Shown: positions 17,165 to 26,945 of the stretch, one piece after another
Position numbering within the stretch: the stretch's first letter is position 1
Layout: each line of letters opens with the position of its first letter
Assembly: GCA_037481775.1 (NCBI GenBank)
Contig: JBBFKZ010000012.1
Span: 1 to 52,624 of the forward strand
Direction: 5' to 3'
Length of the DNA: 52,624 bases
From: Candidatus Bathyarchaeia archaeon
Lineage (GTDB): Archaea; Thermoproteota; Bathyarchaeia; Bathyarchaeales; Bathycorpusculaceae
The notes under the pieces: generated by a model
The model's database searches: none
What the model saw: only the letters and a program-made list of their open reading frames with translations
What the model was told of the DNA's origin: nothing
Position numbers and translations under genes: made by a program

Positions 17165-19624
17165 CTACTTCTTTTTGAGTACTAGTATTAGCAGAACCAG
17201 CACTATGACTATTGCGATGATCATGGCGATTGATACTGGCAGGAAGTACAGGTCAGCCATCGATGCGGTTTCAGGTGTAGACTCCGGCGAAGCAGGCGGA
17301 GCATCCTCAACAAACACGGCGGTTTCAGCAGTCGAGCCCCAATAGGCTTTAGAGCCTTTGAACATGGCGATTATGGTGTATTTGCCAGGTACTGGCGGCT
17401 CGAAAGTGCAGCTGAAGAAGCCGTTCGAGTCTGTGGTCGCTGTAGCAACATCATAGCAGTTGTTGTTTGGATCAAGCACGGTTACTGTGACCTCAACGCC
17501 TTTGACGTCTGTTGGCCATGGATACTGCATGTAAACATACTCCATCCACTCAGTCATGCTTTCGTCCGCTACTGCGGGCACACCATTCGGAAAGCGTGCC
17601 GTCAACGCGTATTCCTTCGTGCCTGGAGAAATGTCCGTTACCATGCCTTCTACGAGTATCTTGTTGCCGTGCACTGAAATCTTCGGCGATGCTGAAACAG
17701 TGGTGGCGCTTGGGCCTTTGCCGAAGGCATATAATCGGTTGTCGTATCCGTTCATGCCAGCCATTATGTTGTCTCCGATGATTACGTGGCCTCCCCACCA
17801 ATTATTGAACCAGCTAATCTCCCAAATCTTTTCACCGGTCGTAGCGTTTAGACAGACCATTGGTGCGCCACGCCCAGTTGGGTTGATGGGCGAGTGCTCG
17901 CCGTAAGATAGGTAGAGCTTTCCGTCAGCAAGGAAGTGAAACTCAATCGGGAAGTTCATGCTCCAGAGGATTTCAGCATACTTATCGCTAACATTGTAAG
18001 TCCACAGCTTCTTGCCCGTCTTAATGTCATAGCAGGTTACGATGCCAGTCATACGCCCCGTATAGAACTTGCCATAGCCGTAAGCGGGACCATACCACTT
18101 GTCATAGAAAGCAAGATAATGCTCAGGCTCCGTTTCCCAGAGAAAATCACCTGTGTCCAAGCTGAACCCGTAGTATTTGAGGGATTCCTTGCAGGATATG
18201 ATGAACACGCGGTCTTCAAAGGATACATCGGTCCATGCCCAGTTACCGTCTGCGAATTCTGAGGGCACTGTCCACTCCTTCTTGAAGATTAAGCGTCCTT
18301 CATCGCCTATTTTGGTGCTAATCGCCCATGAGGTAAGTGTTGGGCCTGTTGCTGCTGGAAAAGCGTAGGATGTGGAGCCAAAAATGCAGTCATCAAAGGA
18401 GTAGTGTGCAACGCTGCCAGGCAAGCCTAGTGGAATTGTCTTGTTCCATTCGATTCCCTGTGTTGCATTGAATGTGCTGCCGATTGGAGTCCAACTGCCA
18501 TCGCTAACGCCGCCGGATCTTTGCGGGTTAATGGCTCTGCTGGAGTTCCAAAGAGTCATCCAACCTTGCTGTAAGTTGACGGTGTATCGGTAGATTTCGC
18601 CTTTTGGTCCATAGAGGTTGTAGCCTGAAGGCACATTTGTTAGCCTGTATAGCCAGCGACCACTAAAAGCGTCGTAGCAGTCCCATGTGGTGCCTGTTTC
18701 GGTCCACAGGTATGCGAAGGCGCCGTGATAGTTGAAGGAGTCCCAGAAGAACACTTGACCGAATGCCAGTCGCGTGTTGTTCCAGTTTCTTCTCCATAGT
18801 TCCTCGCCAGTTTTGAGGTCCACCGCTACAACAGGTTGCTCCACGGCTGTGCCGCCTGTTGATTGGAATTGGTTGTAGTAGAGTACGCCGTCGATTATTA
18901 CTGAGCCTAAGAATTTGCCTACGTAGGCGTCTCCCATTTCATATTGGACGTTACCGAGGTCGCCTCCAGTGAGGCCTCCCTGCGCGTATTGCTTTGTCCA
19001 CAGTATATGTGCTGTTTCTGGCGCATCCTCATTGTATGGATGATATTTCGGTATTGGCGGCATGGTGTAGCTTCCGGCGGGTCTCAGCCAGTTTCCTGCA
19101 ATTGATGCCCACTCATGGAATTGTGCATTTATTGGGCGTGTCCAGTATTCATTTGGTAATGGGAATCCTGGGTAGTAGGGTATTGGATCAGCTTGCACCA
19201 CAAGCTCCGTTACTGGACTGTCGCTAGCTAACCACGTTATGTTCTGACCGAAACCGCCATAGACTTGCTGTGGAAAGTGCGTCTGGAACTTATATACGCC
19301 TGTCTGGTCAGGTATGTAGTTGTAGCCTGTTCCTCCTGTTGAGTCAGTCTTGAAGGGACCTAATGTTTGGGTTGTGCCGTCTGGTTTTGTGACAGTGACT
19401 GTTAAGTCTTTCCAACTATCATAAGTCGTCGCAGTTTGCTGGCTAATGCCTAAGTGAATTAGAACTGCTTGGCCGACGCCAACAGGATTGGGGGTGACAC
19501 CGCAGAAAGCGTATGTTTTTCTTGTTATTTGCGCATTAGTGGCTGGTAAGATAGCAAATGAAAACGCAATGGCTAAAAGCATAAATAACGCAACAGCGCT
19601 GGTTTTGTTTCTAATAGCTTCCAT
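17165..19624 (-). CDS. Secreted, C-terminally anchored PQQ-type beta-propeller repeat protein
   Basis: Signal peptide, propeller blade motifs (AVDLKTGEELW, SLDTGDFLW, YDIKTGKKLW, LNATTGEKIW), Ig-like flanks, Pro/Ser/Thr linker, TM helix and KKK tail. Confidence 0.85.
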   Translation of the reverse strand: MEAIRNKTSAVALFMLLAIAFSFAILPATNAQITRKTYAFCGVTPNPVGVGQAVLIHLGISQQTATTYDSWKDLTVTVTKPDGTTQTLGPFKTDSTGGTGYNYIPDQTGVYKFQTHFPQQVYGGFGQNITWLASDSPVTELVVQADPIPYYPGFPLPNEYWTRPINAQFHEWASIAGNWLRPAGSYTMPPIPKYHPYNEDAPETAHILWTKQYAQGGLTGGDLGNVQYEMGDAYVGKFLGSVIIDGVLYYNQFQSTGGTAVEQPVVAVDLKTGEELWRRNWNNTRLAFGQVFFWDSFNYHGAFAYLWTETGTTWDCYDAFSGRWLYRLTNVPSGYNLYGPKGEIYRYTVNLQQGWMTLWNSSRAINPQRSGGVSDGSWTPIGSTFNATQGIEWNKTIPLGLPGSVAHYSFDDCIFGSTSYAFPAATGPTLTSWAISTKIGDEGRLIFKKEWTVPSEFADGNWAWTDVSFEDRVFIISCKESLKYYGFSLDTGDFLWETEPEHYLAFYDKWYGPAYGYGKFYTGRMTGIVTCYDIKTGKKLWTYNVSDKYAEILWSMNFPIEFHFLADGKLYLSYGEHSPINPTGRGAPMVCLNATTGEKIWEISWFNNWWGGHVIIGDNIMAGMNGYDNRLYAFGKGPSATTVSASPKISVHGNKILVEGMVTDISPGTKEYALTARFPNGVPAVADESMTEWMEYVYMQYPWPTDVKGVEVTVTVLDPNNNCYDVATATTDSNGFFSCTFEPPVPGKYTIIAMFKGSKAYWGSTAETAVFVEDAPPASPESTPETASMADLYFLPVSIAMIIAIVIVLVLLILVLKKK

Positions 19625-19699
19625 CTTCTCTTCTCCTTAATTGTGTATCTGCATAAGTGCAGATCGCGAACAAGTTTCTTGGTATTTCATTTAAAGACT

Positions 19700-19967
19700 T
19701 GGAGTAAGTGCCACTTCTGACAACTTTTATCCTTAAACAAAAAAAGGCAGGCTAATATGCCGAAAAATGAATGCCTTCATAAGGGCTTGCTGAGGCTCTG
19801 GCTAGGAGATTAAAGGAGAATAGGAAAAAACGCAATTCGCAACTAGAAGCTGTTGCCACTTTGCCCAGAGCCTAATCAGCCCCTGATTCCTCCATTATTC
19901 TCCTTTCTCGGTGCTTTAATTATCGTTGAAATTTTTAAACATATGGAATAAGTGCCTCTTCTGACAA
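19700..19967. promoter_or_regulatory. 24-bp direct repeat in the divergent propeller/TrmB promoter region (candidate TrmB sites)
   Basis: TGGAGTAAGTGCCACTTCTGACAA (19700-19723) and TGGAATAAGTGCCTCTTCTGACAA (19944-19967), 22/24 identical. Confidence 0.6.
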
Positions 19968-20029
19968 AATTGAAAAACATTCATAAGCTTCTGCTAATAC
20001 TTTCTTTCTACGCCTAATGAGGCTTATGC

Positions 20030-20848
20030 ATGCTTCAAGAGGACGAACAAATTCAAATACTGTCAAAGTTAGGGCTTACTTATTTGCAGGCAAAAACATA
20101 TTTGGCCCTTGCGAGGCTTGGGAAAGCAGATGTAAAGACAATTTCAAGAACTTCAAAAGTAGCCCGACAGGATATTTATCGAATAATGCCTACGATTCAA
20201 AAAATGGGGCTTGTAGAAAAAATTGTGGCTTCACCAACGTTATATAAAGTTACTCCAATAAAGGAAAGCCTCTGCGGTTTGCTTCAAAAGAAAACAAACG
20301 AATGTATGGAACTTCAATTAAAGATGAAAGAGTTCTTCAATAATTTTCAAAATAAGGTTGACGAAGCGGCACTGCAAGATGAGGAGCAGCAGTTTAGTAT
20401 TATTTCATCAAAGAGACTTCTCCACAAGAAGCTTTCTGAGAAAGATAAGGGTGCACAAAAGAGTATAGATGCAATTGCAAACTGGAAAGCCATTAGAACC
20501 ACTTTTTTTCACAGATCACAAGATGTTGTGAATGCATTGAAAAGAGGAGTAAAGTTAAGGATAATCACTGAAGAACATGAAAAAGATAAGCAAGTTGAAA
20601 AAATTATACAAACCTTCAAGCGATATCCTTTATTTGAAATCAGGTATAGATCTGCGCCAATTTCAATTAATGCAGTAATTCATGATGAGACAGAAATAAA
20701 CATGTGCATAGCGACACTGCCTGATAACGATGTGCCCAGCCTTTGCTCAACTAATTCTAGATTCATAAAAGTGATGGCGGCTTATTTCGAAGATTTATGG
20801 AATAGTGCATTAAACGAGCCTAAGGCATTAGTGCAGAAAAGTTCATAA
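20030..20848 (+). CDS. TrmB family transcriptional regulator
   Basis: LSKLGLTYLQAKTYLAL...VARQDIYRIMPTIQKMGLVEK wHTH. C-terminal effector domain with RGVKLRIIT and YFEDLW. Confidence 0.88.
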   Translation: MLQEDEQIQILSKLGLTYLQAKTYLALARLGKADVKTISRTSKVARQDIYRIMPTIQKMGLVEKIVASPTLYKVTPIKESLCGLLQKKTNECMELQLKMKEFFNNFQNKVDEAALQDEEQQFSIISSKRLLHKKLSEKDKGAQKSIDAIANWKAIRTTFFHRSQDVVNALKRGVKLRIITEEHEKDKQVEKIIQTFKRYPLFEIRYRSAPISINAVIHDETEINMCIATLPDNDVPSLCSTNSRFIKVMAAYFEDLWNSALNEPKALVQKSS

Positions 20849-20963
20849 TCAGTTCCGCTGGCGAGAAACAGAAGTGTTCAGGCGAAAATGTTCTTAATGG
20901 CAAAAGCATATAATAGCCTAAACCGCAACTTCTCTGCGATTAATTGTTGAGTGCAGATGACAG

Positions 20964-22040
20964 ATGGAACCGGCGAAACCGAAAGCAACACGCAAGACAC
21001 TGCTGTTTCCACTGGTAGGGTTAGTTGCCTTTTTCGCTTATATCTACCTTTTTCAAGTAGACATCACAACGATAATCTCTACAGCTCAACACGCTGACCT
21101 AATTCCTTATACCATAGCAATATTGCTTAGCCTATTAGAAGTGTTCTTTTTTTCGTTATCATGGCGGGTCTTAGCCAATTTTCTCGCAATTAAACTGTCT
21201 ATTATGAAATCTTACTTGTATGTATGGTACGGCATATTTGTAGATACAATTATCCCAGCGGAATCCATAAGCGGTGAAGCCTTAAGAGTTTACTTAATCA
21301 CCAGAGAGCAAGGTGATAACAAGTGCGGTCAAGCTGTGGCTTCTCTTGTTGTGCATAGGCTTTTAGGCATGGGCTTGAACATTGTAGTGCTTATTTTAGG
21401 CATGTTTTTGCTTTTCATTGAAACACAGGTTAATCCTGTAATTTTCAATGTAATCCTTTTTCTTGCAGCCGGCATAGCTGTTATACTCTTTTTGATTATG
21501 CTTTTTTCCTTCAAAGTGCAATGGATCTTGAAAATAATTGATTGGTTAACGAGGCTGGGAAAGTTTCTCAGCCGAGAAAAATGGCATGGGCAATTAACCA
21601 AAATTAAGGAAGATGCTTGCAGAGTAGCTAATAGTTTTCACGACTCAATGAAGGAGTTTAAGCATACGCCTAAAACAATTGTTGCCTCTCTGTTTTACCT
21701 AACCCTCTCTTGGATTTTCAGTTTAAGCATACCATACTTAGTTTTTCTATCCCTTCAGTTTCCTGTTTCTTGGAGCGTGATTCTCATAACCTCAACTATT
21801 GTTCTAGCCGTTAAATCTGTACCGATAGGCATACCCTTTGAGGTTGGAATACCTGAAATAGCAATGACAACCCTATACACCTCGCTTGGCGTTCCAGCAG
21901 GAATAAGCGCTACAGCGACGATACTCACTCGACTCATAACGCTTTGGTTAAAATTTGTTATAGGTTTCCTCGCGCAACAATGGCTCGAGCTGAAAACAGT
22001 CTTAGCTCCTGTAAATAGCATAACTGTGGAAAAAGCCTAA
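20964..22040 (+). CDS. Lysylphosphatidylglycerol synthase TM / flippase-like membrane protein (UPF0104)
   Basis: SWRVL, IIPAESISGEALRVY, PIGIPFEVGIPE, LTRLITLW. Confidence 0.8.
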   Translation: MEPAKPKATRKTLLFPLVGLVAFFAYIYLFQVDITTIISTAQHADLIPYTIAILLSLLEVFFFSLSWRVLANFLAIKLSIMKSYLYVWYGIFVDTIIPAESISGEALRVYLITREQGDNKCGQAVASLVVHRLLGMGLNIVVLILGMFLLFIETQVNPVIFNVILFLAAGIAVILFLIMLFSFKVQWILKIIDWLTRLGKFLSREKWHGQLTKIKEDACRVANSFHDSMKEFKHTPKTIVASLFYLTLSWIFSLSIPYLVFLSLQFPVSWSVILITSTIVLAVKSVPIGIPFEVGIPEIAMTTLYTSLGVPAGISATATILTRLITLWLKFVIGFLAQQWLELKTVLAPVNSITVEKA

Positions 22041-22074
22041 AATCGTCCTTTCACGCCTTTGTTTCAGGATAGAT

Positions 22075-22530
22075 ATGGTAATAAAAATTGAAGACGCGAC
22101 AATCAGGCTTCTGGATAAACTTTATGAGATTGAGAAACAATGCTTTGAACAAGAAGCATTCACAAAACAGCAATTAGCTTATTTCTTAACTGATTATAAC
22201 ACTGTTAGCTTGGTAGCACGAGTAAACAGCGAACTTGCTGGCTTTGCAATAGCACAAGTAAATGTTGAAAGAAACACGCTGTTTGGACATATATTGACCG
22301 TGAATGTAGCGCCTGCTTACCGACGCATGGGTATAGCGCAAGAACTTCTCAGCGAAATTGAAAAAATACTGCGAGGGAAAGGCGCCAGGGAATGCCGCTT
22401 AGAAGTTCGGGAAGATAACGTTGCAGCGTTGAACCTTTATCATAAACTCGGATACAGTAAAGTGGCTAAGCTGGAAAAGTATTATGGTACGGCTGACGGT
22501 TTATATCTCCGAAAAACTTTAGGGCAGTAA
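22075..22530 (+). CDS. rimI: RimI/Ard1-like N-terminal acetyltransferase (GNAT)
   Basis: GHILTVNVAPAYRRMGIAQELL, LEVREDNVAALNLY, KYY...DG. Confidence 0.85.
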   Translation: MVIKIEDATIRLLDKLYEIEKQCFEQEAFTKQQLAYFLTDYNTVSLVARVNSELAGFAIAQVNVERNTLFGHILTVNVAPAYRRMGIAQELLSEIEKILRGKGARECRLEVREDNVAALNLYHKLGYSKVAKLEKYYGTADGLYLRKTLGQ

Positions 22531-22555
22531 CGTCGGGTAGTTTACATTTAAAGTT

Positions 22556-22577
22556 TAATTTTAAGTGATTAAAATTA
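22556..22577. promoter_or_regulatory. Perfect 9-4-9 palindrome upstream of a small wHTH-like gene
   Basis: TAATTTTAA-GTGA-TTAAAATTA. Confidence 0.45.
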
Positions 22578-22643
22578 CCTTTTGGGAACAAACGTTTAAA
22601 AATGTTAATGAAAATAAACTATACCTACGGGGGAGAGGGAGCC

Positions 22644-22904
22644 TTGCGGAAACGCAAATCCAATGAACAAACTCTCGTTCACACAATAGTTGTTTTGATT
22701 CGCAATACTACCTGGCGGTGCGGTAAACTTGAAAAGTCTATTGTCAAGCATCTCCATAATAGACATAAAAATTTTGGAAAACCCTGCATGTCAATCAAGG
22801 ATATAATGCAAAACTTGAACCTTACTGAAAAGAAAAAAGACGAGTGCATGGACGCCCTTAAGCGCTTAGAGAAAAGAAATATAGTGAAAATTCTGCCGCT
22901 ATAA
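22644..22904 (+). CDS. Small basic protein, possible winged helix
   Basis: SIKDIMQNLNL...MDALKRLEKRNIVKI. TTG 22644 follows a purine-rich GGGGAGAGGGAG element; start uncertain. Confidence 0.55.
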   Translation: MRKRKSNEQTLVHTIVVLIRNTTWRCGKLEKSIVKHLHNRHKNFGKPCMSIKDIMQNLNLTEKKKDECMDALKRLEKRNIVKILPL

Positions 22905-22925
22905 TCTTGGGCAGTTTCTAAACTT

Positions 22926-23414
22926 CTATTTAACGAGTTCTTGTGCGTTATCAATCCATTTTTGAGTTATTTTCTGGGAAATCTGCAGTTTCCCTGCAAT
23001 GTCCTCTGCAGAAGCTTTAGCTAAGTCGCTAACATTGTTTATTCCCAGCGCTTTTAGTTGAGCAGCTCTCTTTTCACCTATACCTTTTACTTGTGTCAGT
23101 TCTAGCGCCGTAGCAGTTGCAGCGGGAGCTTCAATTGTCGTTGCAGGTGGTTTTTGCATTACTGTTTCCTGCATTTGCTCAGTCACAGTTTCGTGGGTTA
23201 TTGTTGCCGTAGGTTGACAGGCTTGAGCAGCTGTTTTTGGTCGTTGAGAGTAGCCTACGCCTATAGATAAGAGCCCGAGCACTACAGTTGATATTACCCA
23301 CAGGTTTCTTGCATCTGACGCCATGCCTTCTATTGTGATTACAAAGGGCACTACCGTTACTACTAAAACTAACGCACCTAACACGTATAATGTGTAGTCC
23401 AATCGCATTTTCAA
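22926..23414 (-). CDS. Membrane protein with C-terminal helix-hairpin-helix (DUF4332-like) domain
   Basis: Two TM helices, Thr/Ala/Pro linker, LTQVKGIGEKRAAQLKALGI HhH motif. Confidence 0.75.
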   Translation of the reverse strand: MKMRLDYTLYVLGALVLVVTVVPFVITIEGMASDARNLWVISTVVLGLLSIGVGYSQRPKTAAQACQPTATITHETVTEQMQETVMQKPPATTIEAPAATATALELTQVKGIGEKRAAQLKALGINNVSDLAKASAEDIAGKLQISQKITQKWIDNAQELVK

Positions 23415-23505
23415 TCCCTGAGCTTATGTTTCATGGAACCTCTTAAATAATTTTTTCCCTTTTTGGAAGTTTTTAGGAATTTTGCGGCTGAATAATGCTT
23501 TATTT

Positions 23506-24873
23506 TCAAAGTTTGTCTTCTGGCGGTGCCTTCTTTATTAAATCGTGCTTCATAAGAAGCTCAGTTGCTTTCCGCGCATTCTGAATCATCACTGAAGCCC
23601 GCTCATAAAGTTCCTCGCGACTCAGCTTTACTCTAGCTACGCCCTGCTCGATTGATTTAAGCGCGCAGGCCACAGCTTCTCTTGGGAACACTTCCCATTC
23701 ATCCATCCGCGGCAGAATACTCCGTTCATCCATACCTCTCTCCTCAGCGAACCGCGCTAATTCCTGCGCAGCAGCAATGCACATGTCATCTGTAACAGTT
23801 CGCGCTTTCACATCCAACACTCCGCGGAAAATCGCTGGGAACCCTAAACTGTTGTTGACTTGGTTAGGAAAGTCGCTTCTGCCCGTCGCCACAATCCGCG
23901 CGCCAGCCTCCTCGGCATCCCACGGCCAAATCTCAGGAATAGGATTAGCGCAAGCAAAAACTATCGCGTCGTCCGCCATCGTTTTGATCCAAGCCTGTTT
24001 TATGGTGTCTGGCCCTGGCTTTGACGCGGCAACTACGGCATCTACGCCTTTGAAGGCCTCCGCGATGTCTCCGGTTCTTCCCTCACTATTCGTTTTCTGT
24101 GCCAACTCGTATTTCCATGGATCTTCTTCGCGGGTTATGTCGGCTCTGCCAGTGTGGACTATGCCTTTTGTGTCAACCATTATTATGTTGCCAGCCTTGA
24201 CGCCCCACTTAATCAGCACATAAGCGGTGCGTATGTTAGCTGCGCCTGAACCGACAAGCGTTATTATGCTGTTCTGCGGTTTTTTGCCCACAATTTTGAA
24301 CGCGTTTATCAAACCTGCCAAGATAACGGTGGCTGTTCCCTGCTGGTCATCATGCCAAACAGGGATTTGAAGCCGCTCCCTAGCCTTCTCTAAAACGTGG
24401 AAACACTTCGGCTTCTCAATATCTTCCAAGTTTATTCCGCCAAAGGATGGCTCAAGAAGCTCGCAGGCGCGCACTATCTCATCGGGATCCTTGGTTTTAA
24501 GGCATATTGGGAAGGCATCCACGCCACCGAGGTATTTGAACAACAGTGCTTTGCCCTCCATCACGGGCATTGCGGCTTCAGGTCCGATGTCGCCTAAACC
24601 GAGAACGCGCGTGCCGTCGGTGACCACGGCGACGTAGTTCCAGCGGTTTGTAAGCTCAAACACCTTTTCCGGATTAGCCTGAATCTCCTTGCATGCTGCG
24701 GCTACTCCTGGAGTGTACCAGACTGCAAAGTCGTCTATGCTTCTTATGGCGCATTTGGGCATGACCTGCACTTTGCCTTCATAGAAGCGGTGCATTGGAG
24801 GCGCTATCAAAGCGGGTTTTTTGGCTTTAGCCAACAATTCGTCCACAGTGGGTTTTTTCTTTTTTGCGGTCAA
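23506..24873 (-). CDS. mae: NAD(P)-dependent malic enzyme
   Basis: YTPGVA, AVVTDGTRVLGLGDIG, MEGKALLFK, INLEDI, HDDQQGTA, ANPIPEI, TGRSDFPNQVNN. Confidence 0.95.
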   Translation of the reverse strand: MTAKKKKPTVDELLAKAKKPALIAPPMHRFYEGKVQVMPKCAIRSIDDFAVWYTPGVAAACKEIQANPEKVFELTNRWNYVAVVTDGTRVLGLGDIGPEAAMPVMEGKALLFKYLGGVDAFPICLKTKDPDEIVRACELLEPSFGGINLEDIEKPKCFHVLEKARERLQIPVWHDDQQGTATVILAGLINAFKIVGKKPQNSIITLVGSGAANIRTAYVLIKWGVKAGNIIMVDTKGIVHTGRADITREEDPWKYELAQKTNSEGRTGDIAEAFKGVDAVVAASKPGPDTIKQAWIKTMADDAIVFACANPIPEIWPWDAEEAGARIVATGRSDFPNQVNNSLGFPAIFRGVLDVKARTVTDDMCIAAAQELARFAEERGMDERSILPRMDEWEVFPREAVACALKSIEQGVARVKLSREELYERASVMIQNARKATELLMKHDLIKKAPPEDKL

Positions 24874-25120
24874 ACGATTCGTCTCCGTTTAAGCAAGAGA
24901 AGTGACTGGATGCTGCGTTTTAACTTTTTGGATAAAATTGAGGTGTTCTTCAGTTGATGATTACCTTGTGTAGGTTATTACTGTATGGATATCATCTTGG
25001 TTAAAATCTGGAGCTTTCGCGCCGAATCTATGTAATTAACATGTGTTCCGAAAAATTGGTTGATTGGATTAGCAATGAAACTTTTACGTAAGAATGAGGT
25101 GAAAATAAAAAAATTTAGGG

Positions 25121-26050
25121 CTAAGCTTTTCCTGAGCTTCCGAATAGTTGCATTTTGCTTTTTGCCACTTCTTTCATGGCGTCTTTTGCGGGTCCCAAGA
25201 TTTTCCGCGGGTCAAATTCTTTCGGCGAATTTGTTAATACCTCGCGGACTGTTGCCGTAAATGCCAAGCGCAGGTCTGTGTCGATGTTAATTTTTGCGAT
25301 GCCAAGTGTGATTGCCTGTTTTATCTGTTCCTCAGGTATGCCCTTTGCCCCACTCAATGCAGCACCGTACTTGTTGGCTTTTTCAACAATCCATTGCGGC
25401 ACGTTAGAGGCGCCATGTAAAACCAGCGGGATGCTTACCTTCTTGCTTATTGCTTTCAACCGTTCTAAGTCTAGTTTGGCTTCGCTTTTGAATTTGTAAG
25501 CGCCATGTGAAGTGCCGATGGCAACTGCTAAAGTGTCCACGCCTGTTTTCTCGACAAACTCGGATGCCGCATCCGGGTCTGTTAGGATGGCCTCTTTTTC
25601 TTCTACGCTTCGTTCTTCTACACCTGCAAGCTTGCCTAACTCTGCCTCAACCGAGACGCCTCTTGGATGCGCAATGGCCACTACACGCCTTGTTAACGCA
25701 ATGTTATCCTCAAAACTTAGGAATGAGCCGTCAATCATGACTGAGGAGAAGCCGGCTTCAATGCATTTGGCAGCTGTTTCGAAGTCTTCTCCATGATCAA
25801 GATGCATGGCCACGGGCACAGGCGCTGATTGCGCGGCGGTTTTTACAATGCTGGTTATGTACGCTAAGCCAGCGTACTTGATGACGCTTGGCGTGATCTG
25901 CATTATTACAGGCGATTTTTCTTCTGCTGCCGCCTCCGCTATGGCCAATGCACTTTCAAGGTTTTGAACGTTAAAAGCGCCGATGGCGTAGCCGTTTTTT
26001 CTCGCGGGAACCATTAAATCCTTATTTGTAACAAGCACCCTGTTCACCAC
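25121..26050 (-). CDS. fba: Class II fructose-1,6-bisphosphate aldolase
   Basis: YAIGAFN, HLDHG, SSVMIDGS, VEAELG, IGTSHGAYK, PLVLHGAS, KINIDTD, FDPRK. Confidence 0.95.
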   Translation of the reverse strand: MVNRVLVTNKDLMVPARKNGYAIGAFNVQNLESALAIAEAAAEEKSPVIMQITPSVIKYAGLAYITSIVKTAAQSAPVPVAMHLDHGEDFETAAKCIEAGFSSVMIDGSFLSFEDNIALTRRVVAIAHPRGVSVEAELGKLAGVEERSVEEKEAILTDPDAASEFVEKTGVDTLAVAIGTSHGAYKFKSEAKLDLERLKAISKKVSIPLVLHGASNVPQWIVEKANKYGAALSGAKGIPEEQIKQAITLGIAKINIDTDLRLAFTATVREVLTNSPKEFDPRKILGPAKDAMKEVAKSKMQLFGSSGKA

Positions 26051-26185
26051 AATTTTGCTTTTGGGCTAAATGGAGTGGGGCAGCACGTTATATAAAATTT
26101 CTGGGCATAGCCACGAATGTTATTTGAAAAGCAGCATAAAGTTTACAAATCAACAGCGCCACCCTTACGATGAGAAGGTTCTACC

Positions 26186-26410
26186 TTGACATGCTACTTT
26201 AGGCATCTAAAAAGCGTATTCCAGAAGGCGGGAATAGTGGTTACGCCTCAAAACAAAGCAGAAATCGACAAAGTAATCCACAAAATTGTCGGTACGGACT
26301 ACAAAAACTGCCCTGCCACTTGGAAACACGTTAAAAACATGTTAGCAAAAGATGAAGCAAGGTTTATTTTAAAGCTAAAAGAAGAATGGCAACATAGACG
26401 TGACCATTAA
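26186..26410 (+). CDS. Small hypothetical protein
   Basis: 74 aa ORF filling the gap after a divergent promoter, MTCYFRHLK...CPATWK. Confidence 0.6.
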   Translation: MTCYFRHLKSVFQKAGIVVTPQNKAEIDKVIHKIVGTDYKNCPATWKHVKNMLAKDEARFILKLKEEWQHRRDH

Positions 26411-26450
26411 TCTGGAATAAACATTTGGGGGCGGCGTAATACACAAAAAA

Positions 26451-26876
26451 TTGTTACTTTTTTCAGATGGCGGCGCTAGGGGAAACCCGGGACCTGCAGC
26501 CTCAGCATTCATAGTTATGCTGGAGAACGGCCAAATCATAGCCACGCGTTCACGCTATATAGGCGTACGCACTAATAATCAGGCTGAATATGAAGCGCTG
26601 ATAGCGGCGTTGCAATTCGCCGTAAACGCTGAGGCCGAAGAAGTTGTCTGCCACCTTGACAGTGAATTGGTGGTCAAGCAGCTTACAGGAGAGTACTCGG
26701 TGAAAAATTCTGCACTCCGAGACTTGTGGCGCCAAGCCAAAGAATTAAGCCGTTGCTTTAAAAAGGCAAATTTTGTGAGTGTGCCCCGAACTAATCCGCA
26801 CATTCAGCGGGCAGATGAGCTTGTCAATAAGACGCTAGATGAAGCTATGAAAAATTCCGTCAGTGGAAAATACTGA
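26451..26876 (+). CDS. rnhA: Ribonuclease HI family protein
   Basis: FSDGGARGNPGPA, TNNQAEYEAL, DSELVV, ADELVN (D-E-D-D catalytic set). Confidence 0.9.
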   Translation: MLLFSDGGARGNPGPAASAFIVMLENGQIIATRSRYIGVRTNNQAEYEALIAALQFAVNAEAEEVVCHLDSELVVKQLTGEYSVKNSALRDLWRQAKELSRCFKKANFVSVPRTNPHIQRADELVNKTLDEAMKNSVSGKY

Positions 26877-26945
26877 GCTGGGCGCCTTGCTTAATTCAAA
26901 ACATCTTTATACTAAGCGCTCGACTCATGGATAATCGGTGAAAAA

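Noticed and set aside
17165-19624. PQQ-dependent alcohol dehydrogenase
   Set aside because: Only generic propeller blade motifs; no vicinal disulfide or recognisable catalytic signature.
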